Shown: positions 1 to 10,798, numbered from the whole stretch's first letter. The stretch is 60,204 nucleotides of DNA, filler included, from 3 parts of 3 records of this genome joined end to end with filler, not necessarily neighbours in it, one strand, 5' to 3'. Numbers and translations are program-made. The notes: generated from the sequence alone by a model not told the origin.

Positions 1-103
1 GCTTTCATACAGCGGGACTTATTTTAATCACGGGCTTTCGCAAGAATCAACGAGAAAGCTAAATGTTTCGTAATATAAAAGTTAGGGAAAATGCGTAAGG
101 AAT

Positions 104-137
104 AATTGTTACCGATACGTAGTTTATGGTAACAATT
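104..137. promoter_or_regulatory. Perfect 10-bp inverted repeat AATTGTTACC-N14-GGTAACAATT; probable transcription-factor site
   Basis: Arms at 104-113 and 128-137 in an AT-rich non-coding stretch; an extra GTAACA at 150-155. Confidence 0.45.
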
Positions 138-208
138 TAGAGCCTCCAAGTAACACTCTCGCAATGAAAGTGACTAGCACATCCCTTTTGAAAACACCAA
201 CAAATCCC

Positions 209-721
209 TTACCGGGCGCGGCGCTGATAATTGACGAAGGCATAGGCTGGGGCACTCTCTTCCGCAGCGAAGTCTTGCCTGGACACCTCACCCCAATCCC
301 GCTCATCGAGCTCGGGGTAAAAGGCATCGCCATCGACCTCTGCGGCCACTTCCGTGACGTAAACGCGGTCGACACTACTCAAGCTCTGACGGTATAGCGT
401 CTCGCCGCCAATCACGAAAATCTCATCAAGACCATCGCGCTCAGCGCTTTCACGAGCAACATCCAGCGCGTCTTCAAGTGATGCACAAACCTTGGCACCC
501 GTCGCACCGTAGCCTTGCTGGCGAGTCACAACAATATTTTCACGCCCAGGCAATGGCCGGCCGATAGACTCCCAGGTTTTGCGACCCATGATAATGGGCT
601 TGCCCATAGTCAGCGCTTTAAAGTGCTTCAGGTCGGCAGGCAGATGCCACGGCAGGCGGTTTTCTACTCCAATGACGCGCTGGCGATTCAAGGCGACTAT
701 GTGTGCAACAGCTATCGGCAT
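209..721 (-). CDS. folA: Dihydrofolate reductase
   Basis: Motifs VIGVENRLPWHLPADLKHFK, IIMGRKTWESIGRPLPGRENIV, IFVIGG, DGDAFYP; directly downstream of thyA. Confidence 0.97.
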   Translation of the reverse strand: MPIAVAHIVALNRQRVIGVENRLPWHLPADLKHFKALTMGKPIIMGRKTWESIGRPLPGRENIVVTRQQGYGATGAKVCASLEDALDVARESAERDGLDEIFVIGGETLYRQSLSSVDRVYVTEVAAEVDGDAFYPELDERDWGEVSRQDFAAEESAPAYAFVNYQRRAR

Positions 722-733
722 TAACACATCCTT

Positions 734-1573
734 TTATATAGCAATGGGAGCCTTGATGGCTGGGTGGGGGTCATAGCCTTCGAACTCGAAGTCGGCAAAG
801 TCATAATCGAAAATCGACGCCGGACGACGATTTATGCGCAGCGTTGGCCGCGCGCGAGGCTGGCGACGCAATTGCTCTTCGACAATCTCATCGGTGAGAT
901 GGTTTTGATAGAGGTGGCAGTCACCGAAGGTGTGCACAAACTCGCCAACATCCAAATCGCACTGCTGCGCAATCATGTGTGTCAGCAGGGCATAGCTGGC
1001 GATATTAAAAGGCACCCCGAGGAATAAATCGGCGCTGCGCTGGTAGAGCTGGCAAGACAAGCGGCCATTGGCGACATAAAACTGGAACAAGGTGTGGCAT
1101 GGCGGCAACGCGGCACGCCCAGCACGCACATTGTCCTGAGGGCTCACCGACTCATCGGGAAGGTCAGCAGGGTTCCAGGCATTCACCAGCAAACGCCGTG
1201 AGTCCGGTTTGCGACGGATCATATCCACCACTTCACTAATCTGGTCAATGGTCGACCCATCAGGGCAGGCCCAGCTTCGCCACTGTTTGCCATAGATCGG
1301 CCCCAGGTCGCCATCCTCCAGCGCCCACTCATCCCAGATCGTCACCCCGCGCTCGCGCAGCCAGTTGTTGTCACAACTGCCATTTAAGAACCAAATCAAT
1401 TCATAAATAATGCTGCGAAGGTGCACCTTCTTGGTGGTTAACAACGGAAAGCCCGCCTGCAGGTCAAAGCGCAGCTGGCGACCAAATACCGAGCGCGTTC
1501 CCACTCCGGTGCGGTCACCTTTATCCACACCGTTGTCACGCACATCGCGCAATAAATCTAAATACTGTTGCAT
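734..1573 (-). CDS. thyA: Thymidylate synthase
   Basis: Motifs [20 protein letters not shown] (catalytic Cys), [21 protein letters not shown]-terminus IKAPIAI. Confidence 0.98.
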   Translation of the reverse strand: MQQYLDLLRDVRDNGVDKGDRTGVGTRSVFGRQLRFDLQAGFPLLTTKKVHLRSIIYELIWFLNGSCDNNWLRERGVTIWDEWALEDGDLGPIYGKQWRSWACPDGSTIDQISEVVDMIRRKPDSRRLLVNAWNPADLPDESVSPQDNVRAGRAALPPCHTLFQFYVANGRLSCQLYQRSADLFLGVPFNIASYALLTHMIAQQCDLDVGEFVHTFGDCHLYQNHLTDEIVEEQLRRQPRARPTLRINRRPASIFDYDFADFEFEGYDPHPAIKAPIAI

Positions 1574-1577
1574 AACC

Positions 1578-2372
1578 CTATCCTTGCACTCTGTCTCGTC
1601 GGTAGGCGTAGATCAACACCCCCAACCCCACCGCAATCATCGGCAGCGACAATAACTGCCCACGCGTTACCCAGCCAAGCGCATCGAAGCCGATATGGCC
1701 ATCGGGCTCGCGGAAAAACTCCACGACAAATCTGAAAATCCCGTAGCACAGCACAAAGAGTGCGCCGGGCGCCAACCGGGGGCGCTGCTTGCGGGTATAG
1801 AGGAACACGATCAAAAACAGCAACACGCCCTCTAACGCAAACTGGTAAAGCTGCGACGGGTGGCGCGGCAACTGACTGGAGTCGCGCGGAAAGACCATCC
1901 CGATCGCACTGTCGGTTGGCCGCCCCCAGAGCTCCTGACCGATGAAGTTGCCAATGCGCCCAAGACCCAAACCTATGGGAACCAAGGGAGCAATAAAGTC
2001 CCACAGCGCATAGATCGACACATCAATACGCTTGGCGTAGATCGCAATGGCAAGCACGACACCCAAGAACCCACCATGAAACGCCATGCCCCCTTCCCAA
2101 ATACGGAAAAGCCAAAGCGGGTCAGCGAGAAATTGCTCGAAATTGTAAAACACCACATAGCCAAACCGGCCACCGAGAATAACACCCAGCGCCCCATAGA
2201 AGATCAGATCTTCCAACTGATCCTCCTTCAACGGACTCCAGGGCTGTCTGCAGCGCATTTTGCCGAAGTACCAAGCCGCGGCAAAACCCGCTAAGTACAT
2301 CAGGCCGTACCAATGTATCGCCAGTGGCCCCAGCTGAACGGCAACAGGGTCGATGTCTGGATGCCTGAGCAT
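1578..2372 (-). CDS. lgt: Prolipoprotein diacylglyceryl transferase
   Basis: Motifs [36 protein letters not shown]; start taken at ATG 2372 (MLRHPDIDP); lgt-thyA synteny. Confidence 0.97.
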   Translation of the reverse strand: MLRHPDIDPVAVQLGPLAIHWYGLMYLAGFAAAWYFGKMRCRQPWSPLKEDQLEDLIFYGALGVILGGRFGYVVFYNFEQFLADPLWLFRIWEGGMAFHGGFLGVVLAIAIYAKRIDVSIYALWDFIAPLVPIGLGLGRIGNFIGQELWGRPTDSAIGMVFPRDSSQLPRHPSQLYQFALEGVLLFLIVFLYTRKQRPRLAPGALFVLCYGIFRFVVEFFREPDGHIGFDALGWVTRGQLLSLPMIAVGLGVLIYAYRRDRVQG

Positions 2373-2373
2373 A

Positions 2374-3168
2374 TTAAAGAGCTCCGTATATAAAGTGGCT
2401 GCCAACGGCGAGCAGAAATAACGCAAAACCTTGCTTTAGCCGACGAGCAGGTAGTTTCTGAGCCAGATTAGCGCCCAATTTAGCGCAGGGGGTACTGCAC
2501 AGGATGATTGCAAGCAATGCCGGCCAATACACAAAACCACTAGACCACGCAGGCAGCGCTGAGTGCCCATAACCGGCAACAATATTTGTCAGCGCACCGA
2601 CAATGGCAATGGGTAAACCGCAGGCTGCGGACGTTGCCACCGCGCGCTGCATCTTCACATTGCACCATGTGAGAAAGGGCACGGTGAGTGAGCCACCACC
2701 GATGCCAAACAGCGCCGATAAGAAACCGATAAAACCGCCGGCCAGCAGCGTTTGCGGGCGAGCCGGCAACTGCCGGTCGGCGGGTGGTGATAAGCCAAAT
2801 GCCATTTGCGCAGCAATCAACAGAGCAAAAATACCAAACACTAACTTGAGGCGCTCACCGGGCAAGGAGGCCGCAAGGGCAACACCGCCCACTACGCCAA
2901 TCGCAATACCGGGTGCCAGTAGCCGCCAAGTTGGCCAATCAACGTTGCCGTGACGCTGATGCGCCCTTACGGAGCTGACAGAAGTGAATACAATGCTGGC
3001 CAGCGATGTCCCCACCGCCAGCTGAACCGCAACCAGCGATGACACCCCCTGCAGCGCAAAGCAGTAGATCAGCGCCGGCACTATCACCAGGCCGCCGCCC
3101 ACCCCAAACAACCCCGCAGACAGGCCTGCTAGCGCACCAACAGCGAGATAGATAAGAACAACGGTCAC
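2374..3168 (-). CDS. TauE/SafE (TSUP) family membrane transporter
   Basis: Two repeats of G(L/F)xxxLFG(V/I)GGG, plus AVGTSLA and AVATSAA; highly hydrophobic; probable GTG start at 3168. Confidence 0.9.
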   Translation of the reverse strand: MTVVLIYLAVGALAGLSAGLFGVGGGLVIVPALIYCFALQGVSSLVAVQLAVGTSLASIVFTSVSSVRAHQRHGNVDWPTWRLLAPGIAIGVVGGVALAASLPGERLKLVFGIFALLIAAQMAFGLSPPADRQLPARPQTLLAGGFIGFLSALFGIGGGSLTVPFLTWCNVKMQRAVATSAACGLPIAIVGALTNIVAGYGHSALPAWSSGFVYWPALLAIILCSTPCAKLGANLAQKLPARRLKQGFALFLLAVGSHFIYGAL

Positions 3169-3229
3169 GCCAGCTCTCCGCCACAAAGCCTGCTATTATG
3201 GACAGCCCTGATTTCAAGTGCCACCCGCC

Positions 3230-3949
3230 ATGTGTTTAATTTTACTGTCTTGGCAACAACAGTCAGCGCGCCCCCTGATCGTCGCCGCAAACCGAGACGA
3301 ATTTTTTGAGCGCCCCACTCTCCCAGCACACTTTTGGCCAGAGTCACCCCACATTCTGGCTGGCAGGGATCAGCAATTTGGCGGCAGCTGGCTGGGTTTA
3401 AGCACCAACGGGCGCTTCGCCGCCATTACCAACTTACGCAATCGGGACGTCGGCGATCAAAGCCGGGGCGAGCTGGTTCGCCGCTTCCTCGATAGCAGCG
3501 AGCGCTGCTCAACGTTTTTCGATGAATTAGAGACAGAGAAATACCAGTACCGCCCCTTCAACTTTATCGCATTTGACGGCAGCACCCTGGCTCACAGCGA
3601 CAATATCTCTTCGGGCTGGAACAACTTAGAAGCGGGGATACACTGTATTGGCAACATCCCATACACGGCGCGCAGCGCAAAAACGGATCAGGCGCTCGCC
3701 GCCTTCAAGCCCTTAGCGGCAGGGCACGACGACCCAACACCCTTGCTGACATTCATGCAAGACGACAGCCCCACTGTCGACAGTGACGACGAGCTACAAA
3801 AGATGTTGTCCTGCCGTTTTGTGCGAAGCTCAGTCTACGGCACCCGTTCCACTAGCATCGTTTTTGTTCGCAAAGACGGCGCGGAGCTGTGGGAGCAAAG
3901 TTACGACAGCGAACAGCGCCCGGCCGAACTCCGCCACTTTCAGGTGTAA
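3230..3949 (+). CDS. NRDE (TANGO2-like) family protein
   Basis: N-terminal MCLI; motifs AANRDEF, GRD...GGSWLG, SRGELV, YGTRSTS. Confidence 0.93.
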   Translation: MCLILLSWQQQSARPLIVAANRDEFFERPTLPAHFWPESPHILAGRDQQFGGSWLGLSTNGRFAAITNLRNRDVGDQSRGELVRRFLDSSERCSTFFDELETEKYQYRPFNFIAFDGSTLAHSDNISSGWNNLEAGIHCIGNIPYTARSAKTDQALAAFKPLAAGHDDPTPLLTFMQDDSPTVDSDDELQKMLSCRFVRSSVYGTRSTSIVFVRKDGAELWEQSYDSEQRPAELRHFQV

Positions 3950-3972
3950 TGCTCAGGCTCGCAGGCAAGCAC

Positions 3973-6234
3973 TCAGGGCCCGGGGGGCAATAACTTTTCC
4001 ATCCCGGATTCGGCCAGCGCACTGCGCAATAAGGCGCGGACTTCATCAGCCGTATCGGCAGCCATCGCGGTTGTTAGCAGGTTTTTCAAGTCACTCATCG
4101 TCGACGCTCTAACCACCGCTTTTACACGCAGCAAGCTGTTATCGTTCATCGAGAGCATGTCGTAGCCCATCGCGGTCAATAGCAGCACCGCTCCGGGGTC
4201 GCCTGCCAGCTCGCCACAAATACCCACCGGCTTACCTTCGGCATGCGCGGCATCCACTACATTCAGCAAGCTGCCCAGCACTGCTGGGTGGTAGGCGTGA
4301 TAGAGATCAGCCACGCGGGTATTATTGCGATCCACCGCTAGCAAGTATTGCGTCAGGTCATTCGAGCCGACCGACAGAAAATCGACACGACGGGCAAGCT
4401 GACGGGCTTGGTACACCGCCGCGGGCACCTCCACCATCACGCCAATAGGGGGCAGACTGATATCCCAACCATCCTCAACCAGCTCATCATAAGCGCGACG
4501 CACCAGCACCAGGGCCTCATCCACCTCTTGGACGTTGCTGATCATCGGCAACATGATGCGAAGGTTATCCAGCCCCGAGCTCGCCTTGAGCATCGCCCTG
4601 ACTTGCACCAGAAATATTTCGGGGTGGTCCAACGTAACGCGAATGCCGCGCCATCCTAGAAAAGGATTTTCCTCATCAATGGGGAAGTATGGCAGCGCCT
4701 TGTCGCCACCAATATCCAGGGTGCGCATGGTGACCGGTAGCGGTGCAAACGCTAGTAATTGCTCGCGATAAATAATCCGCTGCTCTTCTTCACTGGGGAA
4801 GCGCTCTCGCAATAGGAAAGGAATTTCTGTTCGATACAGGCCAACGCCCTCTGCCCCGCGATCAAGCGAGCGCGCGACATCCGCCATCAAACCGGTGTTC
4901 ACCCACAGCGGCATGCGATGGCCATCACGCGTTTCGCTCGGCAAGTCGCGGAGCGCCTCCAACCCCTGACTCAGCGCCTGATCTTCCTCAAGCAAGGCCC
5001 GAAAATGCTCAGAGACTTCCGGCGTTGGATTGTAGTGCACATAGCCGCTGTAACCATCAACGACCAGGCTGGCATGCTCTATCTGGGTATAGGGCAAATC
5101 GCTTGCCCCCATCACCGTGGGGATGCCCATCGCTCGCGCCAGAATCGCAACATGGGAGTTGCTGGAGCCTCTCACCGACACCATGCCCACCAGCTTTTCT
5201 CTGGGCACTTCCCCAAGCATCGACGCCGTCAGTTCTTCGCCGACCAGGATCGTGTCAGCGGGGTAATCGGTATCGCGTTCGTTACTCGCCTGCAAGTAAC
5301 TCAACACCCGCCGCCCAAGGTCTTTAATGTCGGTTGCGCGATCCTTGAAATACGGGTCGTCCATCATTTCAAAGGTGTTGATGTGGCCACTGACAACCTG
5401 AGCCAATGCCCCCTGCGCCCACTCGCCCTCGCGAATTTTTGCCTCCACCTCAGACAGCCAGACGCCGTCATCGAGAATTCGCAGATAGACATCGAACAAT
5501 GCCAGTTCTTCCGGAGACAGTTGCCCGACAAGCTTACCACTGAGTTCGCGAATATCGACACGCACCGCATCGAGCGCCGCCTCAAAGGCCCGTAGCTCTG
5601 CGTCGGCGTCCTCGCTGCGGCGCTGAGGCACTGAATGCAACTCAGCACTGGGAACAATCACTACCGCGCGACCAATGGCCACGCCCGGCGCGCCCGCTAT
5701 CCCTTTAAACAAGGCAGAAGCGGTCACAGAATCTTGCGTCTTTGAAATTGAACCGGTTGCTCGCGCATGGGCCAACACACCTGCCAACTGCGCGGACATG
5801 GTGACCAAAAACGCCTCTTCTTCCTCGTCGAAGCGGCGGCTATCCTTCTGCTGCACAACCAACACCCCCAGCACTTCGCGCTGGTGGATAATGGGTGCCC
5901 CCAGGAAAGAGTGGTATTGCTCTTCACCAATACCCGGTAGCAATAAAAAGTTGGGGTGTTTCTCGGCGTGGTCGAGGTTCAGCGGCTCCTCGCGGCGCGC
6001 CACCTGGCCGACCAACCCCTCGTCGGCCGCCAGGCTCGCTTTCCCGATTAAATCTGGGTTGAGGCCTTGGTTCGCCATAAAGATGAGACGACCACTCTCG
6101 GGGTTGCGAAGGTAGACCGTGCACACCTCGGTGCCCATCACCTCAGCAATGCGCTCGACAATAATATCCAGCGCTGCCTGCAGATTACCCGCCGCATTAA
6201 CCGCCTGAACTATTCCTCGCAGCGCCGCCAGCAT
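3973..6234 (-). CDS. ptsP: PTS enzyme I(Ntr): phosphoenolpyruvate-protein phosphotransferase with N-terminal GAF domain
   Basis: GAF N-terminus; SHVAILARAMGIP phospho-His motif; GVGLYRTE, ENPFLGWRGIR, SVGSNDLTQY, GICGELAG; 1-nt overlap with rppH. Confidence 0.97.
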   Translation of the reverse strand: MLAALRGIVQAVNAAGNLQAALDIIVERIAEVMGTEVCTVYLRNPESGRLIFMANQGLNPDLIGKASLAADEGLVGQVARREEPLNLDHAEKHPNFLLLPGIGEEQYHSFLGAPIIHQREVLGVLVVQQKDSRRFDEEEEAFLVTMSAQLAGVLAHARATGSISKTQDSVTASALFKGIAGAPGVAIGRAVVIVPSAELHSVPQRRSEDADAELRAFEAALDAVRVDIRELSGKLVGQLSPEELALFDVYLRILDDGVWLSEVEAKIREGEWAQGALAQVVSGHINTFEMMDDPYFKDRATDIKDLGRRVLSYLQASNERDTDYPADTILVGEELTASMLGEVPREKLVGMVSVRGSSNSHVAILARAMGIPTVMGASDLPYTQIEHASLVVDGYSGYVHYNPTPEVSEHFRALLEEDQALSQGLEALRDLPSETRDGHRMPLWVNTGLMADVARSLDRGAEGVGLYRTEIPFLLRERFPSEEEQRIIYREQLLAFAPLPVTMRTLDIGGDKALPYFPIDEENPFLGWRGIRVTLDHPEIFLVQVRAMLKASSGLDNLRIMLPMISNVQEVDEALVLVRRAYDELVEDGWDISLPPIGVMVEVPAAVYQARQLARRVDFLSVGSNDLTQYLLAVDRNNTRVADLYHAYHPAVLGSLLNVVDAAHAEGKPVGICGELAGDPGAVLLLTAMGYDMLSMNDNSLLRVKAVVRASTMSDLKNLLTTAMAADTADEVRALLRSALAESGMEKLLPPGP

Positions 6235-6740
6235 CAGCTTGAATGACTCCCATGGGTATCTCGCAGTAGACGAACATGCCTGCCCGCCAGCTCTTTCATG
6301 GCGCGGCGGTACACTTCACGCTTAAAGGCCACCACCTGGCCGAGTGGATACCAGTAGCTCACCCACTGCCAATAATCAAACTCTGGCTTGCGGCCACAAT
6401 TAAAGCGGATATCGGCCTCATTACCGACCATTCGCAACAAAAACCACTTTTGCTTCTGACCGATACACAGCGGCTTATTGTCTTTACGAATCAGCCGTTT
6501 GGGCAATCGGTAGCGCAACCAACCGCGCGTGCAAGCGAGAATTTCAACATCGCTTTCTCTCAGGCCAACCTCTTCATACAGCTCGCGGTACAGGGCCTGC
6601 TCTGGGGTTTCGCCGTCGTTAATCCCACCCTGGGGAAATTGCCAGGCGCTCTGACCGACACGGCGCGCCCACAACACCTGACCGCAGTCATTGGCGATAA
6701 CAATGCCAACGTTGGGACGAAATCCATCCGAATCAATCAC
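6234..6740 (-). CDS. rppH: RNA pyrophosphohydrolase (Nudix)
   Basis: N-terminus [12 protein letters not shown]; Nudix box WQFPQGG...[18 protein letters not shown]; rppH-ptsP synteny. Confidence 0.97.
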   Translation of the reverse strand: MIDSDGFRPNVGIVIANDCGQVLWARRVGQSAWQFPQGGINDGETPEQALYRELYEEVGLRESDVEILACTRGWLRYRLPKRLIRKDNKPLCIGQKQKWFLLRMVGNEADIRFNCGRKPEFDYWQWVSYWYPLGQVVAFKREVYRRAMKELAGRHVRLLRDTHGSHSS

Positions 6741-6954
6741 ATGCTCACCTGTGTTAACGTTTTTTTCTAATTTGATCTATTGTTCCACAAATTCGTGGAG
6801 CTGGGAATTCGCCCCAGCGGCTGCAAATTCGCGCAGTGCTGCCAATGCCAGAGCAGACAAGGCAAAAGCCGATGCAAAAGCCACGCCGAGAAGCTATGCT
6901 TGCCGTTTTTGCAGTCACGCCCAGCCAATGGGCCTAGTTAAATAAGGGTTTACG

Positions 6955-7608
6955 ATGACCTTGGCGATATTCGACCTCGACAACACCCTGATTGCCGGTG
7001 ACAGTGATCACGCCTGGGGGGAATTCCTCGTCGAGCGGGGCCTCGTGGATGGTGACGAACACCGTCGGCGCAATGATGAATTCTATCAACAATACCAACA
7101 GGGTGGCCTCGACATCGAAGCCTACCTGCGCTTCGCCCTTGCCCCCATCGCCGGGAAATCGCCGGCAGAGCTATCCGCCCTGCATCAAGACTTTATGGCG
7201 AGTTACATTGCCCCCATGCGCCTGCCGCAAGCACAAGCTCTGATCGACAAGCATCGCCAGCAGGGGCATTGCCTAATGATTATTACCGCCACTAACCGCT
7301 TTGTCACCGAGCCCATTGCCCGCGCCATGGGCATTAAGGTGATGTTAGCCAGCGAGCCTGAGCTCCGCGATGGACGCTACACAGGAGACAGCACCGATAT
7401 ACCGTGTTTCCAAGCAGGCAAGGTTGTGCGCCTGCAGCGCTGGCTACGCGAAAATGGCGAGACGCTCACAGGCAGTTATTTTTACAGTGACTCCCACAAC
7501 GATCTACCCTTGCTGAAGCACGTCGACAACCCCGTGGCTGTCGACCCCGACGATACCTTGCGCGCCGCCGCCGAAGAAGCCGGCTGGCCAATTGTGAGTT
7601 TACGCTGA
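6955..7608 (+). CDS. HAD-IB family phosphatase; possibly histidinol-phosphate phosphatase by synteny with Pseudomonas
   Basis: Motif I FDLDNTL, ITAT, YSDSHNDLPLL, VAVDPD; divergent from rppH. Confidence 0.9.
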   Translation: MTLAIFDLDNTLIAGDSDHAWGEFLVERGLVDGDEHRRRNDEFYQQYQQGGLDIEAYLRFALAPIAGKSPAELSALHQDFMASYIAPMRLPQAQALIDKHRQQGHCLMIITATNRFVTEPIARAMGIKVMLASEPELRDGRYTGDSTDIPCFQAGKVVRLQRWLRENGETLTGSYFYSDSHNDLPLLKHVDNPVAVDPDDTLRAAAEEAGWPIVSLR

Positions 7609-7610
7609 GC

Positions 7611-7648
7611 AAAAAAACGGCGGCACACGCTATTGCGAGGCCGCCGTC
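7611..7648 (-). terminator. Rho-independent terminator after gcvH, between convergent genes
   Basis: Stem ACGGCGGC/GCCGCCGT followed by a T run on the minus strand (A7 at 7611-7617 on plus). Confidence 0.75.
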
Positions 7649-7666
7649 ATCGCGTAGAAGGCGAGA

Positions 7667-8053
7667 TTAGCCTTCACATTGTGCGTCGTAATCGTCGTTG
7701 CTAAGCAGGTTATCCAGTTCGCTAACGTCGCTGGGCTTCAAACGGAAGAACCAACCGTCGCTGTAGGGGTATTCATTTACCGTTTCGGGGCTTTCTTCAA
7801 GCGCGTCGTTCACGGCAACAACTTCGCCCGACACCGGCGCGTAAATGTCAGAAGCCGCTTTCACTGACTCGACCACCGCCGCCTCTTCACCGGCGCCATA
7901 TTCCGCGCCCACTTCTGGCAGCTCTACGAAGACTACGTCGCCGAGCGAGTCCTGCGCGTGATGGGTGATGCCCACAGTAACAGTGCCGTCTTCTTCCAAG
8001 CGAGCCCACTCATGGCTGCTGGCATACTTCAGTTCGCTGGGGGTGTTGCTCAT
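7667..8053 (-). CDS. gcvH: Glycine cleavage system H (lipoyl carrier) protein
   Basis: Motifs [44 protein letters not shown] (lipoyl-Lys). Confidence 0.97.
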   Translation of the reverse strand: MSNTPSELKYASSHEWARLEEDGTVTVGITHHAQDSLGDVVFVELPEVGAEYGAGEEAAVVESVKAASDIYAPVSGEVVAVNDALEESPETVNEYPYSDGWFFRLKPSDVSELDNLLSNDDYDAQCEG

Positions 8054-8122
8054 GGAGCGCTCCTGGCTGACAAGGGATATTTGCAGCGCATTTTACCGCC
8101 GCTGCCGGCAAATACAAAGGCC

Positions 8123-9772
8123 TCAGCGCCCGCGACTGGCACGAATGCTTAACATCACCGGTATTAAACCCGCCAATACCAGCGTCAGGGCAGGCAACGC
8201 CGCCAACTGCCACTGCCCTTCAGCCGTCATTTCAAATATCCGCACCGCCAAGGTGTCCCAGCCAAAAGGCCGCAACAACAGCGTGGCAGGCATTTCTTTC
8301 ATCACATCGACAAACACCAACACCAGAGCCGTCAACACGCCCGGGCGCAACATCGGCAGATAAACCTCCCAAAGCAGGCGCCAATTCCCCGCGCCCAGGG
8401 TTCTGGCCACTTCGGGCAAACTCGGTTTCACTCGTTCTAACGCCGAGTCCAGCGGGCCACTGGCAACCGCCAAAAAACGAATCCAGTAAGCGGCCAGCAG
8501 GGTCAGCACGGTTCCCATTAACAAGGGCTGGGGGTCAAGCCCCAGCCACGCTTGAAGCGGCAGCAGCCACTGTCGATCAAGCCAACTGAATGACAGCATA
8601 ATTCCCACTGCTAATACTGAGCCGGGCAGCGCGTAGCCCAGCTGCGCGGCGGCAAAAATACTGCCCCAGCGGCCGCGACTGAAACGGCGGCAAAAGGCCA
8701 GCAGTAGCGCCAGGGTAACGGTCAGCGCAGCAGCCATGGCAGCCAGCCAAAGGGAGTGACCAAGCAGGGCAAAAAAGCGCGATGTCAGCTGGCTTACCCC
8801 CTCGCCCACGGCCCAGTCCAGCAATTGCAGCATGGGCAATACAAAGGCAAACGCCAAAACCAACGCGCAATAAGCGCTCACCAGGCCAGCCAACACCGGC
8901 GGCAGCGGAAAGCGTCTTAGGTGCTGCAGCTTCGCCCCCTGAACAAACAGCCCGTGTCCACGCGAGCGCCGCTCAGCAAACAGCGTCACGCCAACGAAAA
9001 GTAGCAGTAACGAAGCCAACTGCGCAGCAGCTTGCAGACTGAAGAAGCCGAACCAAGACTTGTAGATGGCGGTGGTAAAGGTGTCGTAATTAAACACCGC
9101 AACCGTGCCAAAATCCGCGAGGGTTTCCATTAATGCCAAGCCCACACCGGCAGCAATTGCCGGTCGCGCCATCGGCAGTGCCACTCGGAAAAAGGCTTGG
9201 CGACTGGTGCAACCCAACACTCGTGCCACTTCCAACGTCTCGCTACTTTGAGACAGAAAGGCGCTGCGCGCCAGCATGTAAACGTAGGGGTACAAGACCA
9301 GGGAAAATACGACAATTACACTGGCCCGATTGCGCACATCGATGCCCCAACCGGCGCCTAACAGCTCCCGCAGTTGCGTCTGCAATGGGCCGCCAAAGTC
9401 GAATACTCCCAGTACAACGAAGGCCATAACATAGGCGGGCACTGCCAGCGGCAACATCAACAACCATTCAAATGCCGCGCGCCCAGGGAACTGGCACATG
9501 ACCGTGAACCACGCCAGACTGACGCCGATCACTGAGACTAAAACACCTACACCAAGCATCAGGAACAGGGTATTTGCCACCAGGCGGGGCAATTGCGTTT
9601 CAACCAGATGCTGCCATATCTCGACTTCCGGGCTTAACCAGCTGCTCGCCAATACCACAACGGGCACCAGCACCGCGCAGACCAGGGCCACCCCCGCCGC
9701 CCTGAGTAGCCACAGTGGCGTCGGCCGCAAGCGCCGCTGATTCGCCACGCGGGCACGCTGGGTAAGTTGCAT
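8123..9772 (-). CDS. Fe3+ ABC transporter permease (FbpB/FutB type)
   Basis: Two EAA-like loops (EVARVLG, EVARTLG); LYPYVY, ETLADFG, MKEMPAT motifs; follows the binding protein. Confidence 0.92.
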   Translation of the reverse strand: MQLTQRARVANQRRLRPTPLWLLRAAGVALVCAVLVPVVVLASSWLSPEVEIWQHLVETQLPRLVANTLFLMLGVGVLVSVIGVSLAWFTVMCQFPGRAAFEWLLMLPLAVPAYVMAFVVLGVFDFGGPLQTQLRELLGAGWGIDVRNRASVIVVFSLVLYPYVYMLARSAFLSQSSETLEVARVLGCTSRQAFFRVALPMARPAIAAGVGLALMETLADFGTVAVFNYDTFTTAIYKSWFGFFSLQAAAQLASLLLLFVGVTLFAERRSRGHGLFVQGAKLQHLRRFPLPPVLAGLVSAYCALVLAFAFVLPMLQLLDWAVGEGVSQLTSRFFALLGHSLWLAAMAAALTVTLALLLAFCRRFSRGRWGSIFAAAQLGYALPGSVLAVGIMLSFSWLDRQWLLPLQAWLGLDPQPLLMGTVLTLLAAYWIRFLAVASGPLDSALERVKPSLPEVARTLGAGNWRLLWEVYLPMLRPGVLTALVLVFVDVMKEMPATLLLRPFGWDTLAVRIFEMTAEGQWQLAALPALTLVLAGLIPVMLSIRASRGR

Positions 9773-10798
9773 CTAGCGGTAACCCACGCGGTCCATCATT
9801 CGGATAGCTTCCGCCTGCAAGCGACCCGCTTCTACAACGGGGACTTGATCAGCCTTAAAATCGCCCCAGTGCTGAAGCAGCGATGAAGGAGGCGTGTTGC
9901 GATTCACCGGAAATTCCTGATTCAACTCTGCAAACGCATGCTGAGCGTCCGCCTCGGACAACCATTCCAACAATGACATCGCCAATGCTTTTTGCTTGCT
10001 GGCCGCAGTCACGCCAGCGCCGGAGATATTAACGTGCACACCGCGGTTAAACGGCGCTTCACCAGTTTGGTTCGCCCAAAACAGATCCACCGGCAAGGAG
10101 GGATCATCTGCCTTCATGCGCGCCAGGTAGTAGGTATTCACAATACCCACATCGCACTGACCGGCGGCAATGGCCTCAATTACTTTGTTATCACTGGAGA
10201 AGGGCGGCACCGCCAAATTATCGACCCAAGCCGCCAATACCCGCTCAGTGTTCTCAGCACCATCGGCGCTAATCATCGTGGCAACCAGCGACTGGTTGTA
10301 CACCTTCTTTGCCGTGCGCAAGCACAGGCGCCCCGCCCACTGCGGCTCTGCAAGCGCCTCATAACTACTCAACGCCTCGGGCTTTACACGCTCACTCGAG
10401 TACACAATGGTGCGGGCGCGAATGGAGAGCCCCGTCCAGCGACCCTCTGGGTCACGCAGAGATTCAGGCACATTATTGTTTAGCACCGACGACGTCTGAG
10501 CAGCCAACAAGCCCTGCTGCGCGGCTTGCCAGAGATTGCCAACATCAACCGTTACCAAAATATCAGCCGGCGTATTCTCTCCCTCGGCACGCAAGCGCGC
10601 CAACAGCGGCCCGGCAGAGTCCGTCACGTAGCGAATATTCACGCCCGTCTCAGCAGTATATTGGTCGAAAATCGGTTTAATCAGCTGCTCTATGCGCGAG
10701 CTGTAAACAACTAATTCAGGCCCAGAGGGCTCTTCGCTTCGGCCACAGGCCACCAAAGAAAGTAACAAGCTAAACACTAGCGCCGAGCGAAATATCAT
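9773..10798 (-). CDS. Fe3+ ABC transporter substrate-binding lipoprotein (FbpA/FutA type)
   Basis: Lipobox LVAC; motifs VVYSSR, EGENTPADIL, YNQSLVA, VNTYYL, GVHVNISGAGV; Fur box upstream. Confidence 0.92.
   Translation of the reverse strand: MIFRSALVFSLLLSLVACGRSEEPSGPELVVYSSRIEQLIKPIFDQYTAETGVNIRYVTDSAGPLLARLRAEGENTPADILVTVDVGNLWQAAQQGLLAAQTSSVLNNNVPESLRDPEGRWTGLSIRARTIVYSSERVKPEALSSYEALAEPQWAGRLCLRTAKKVYNQSLVATMISADGAENTERVLAAWVDNLAVPPFSSDNKVIEAIAAGQCDVGIVNTYYLARMKADDPSLPVDLFWANQTGEAPFNRGVHVNISGAGVTAASKQKALAMSLLEWLSEADAQHAFAELNQEFPVNRNTPPSSLLQHWGDFKADQVPVVEAGRLQAEAIRMMDRVGYR

Noticed and set aside
209-7608. folA-thyA-lgt-TauE-NRDE-ptsP-rppH-HAD cluster as a novel system
   Set aside because: Close to conserved gammaproteobacterial core synteny; folA is chromosomal-type with no integron or attC context
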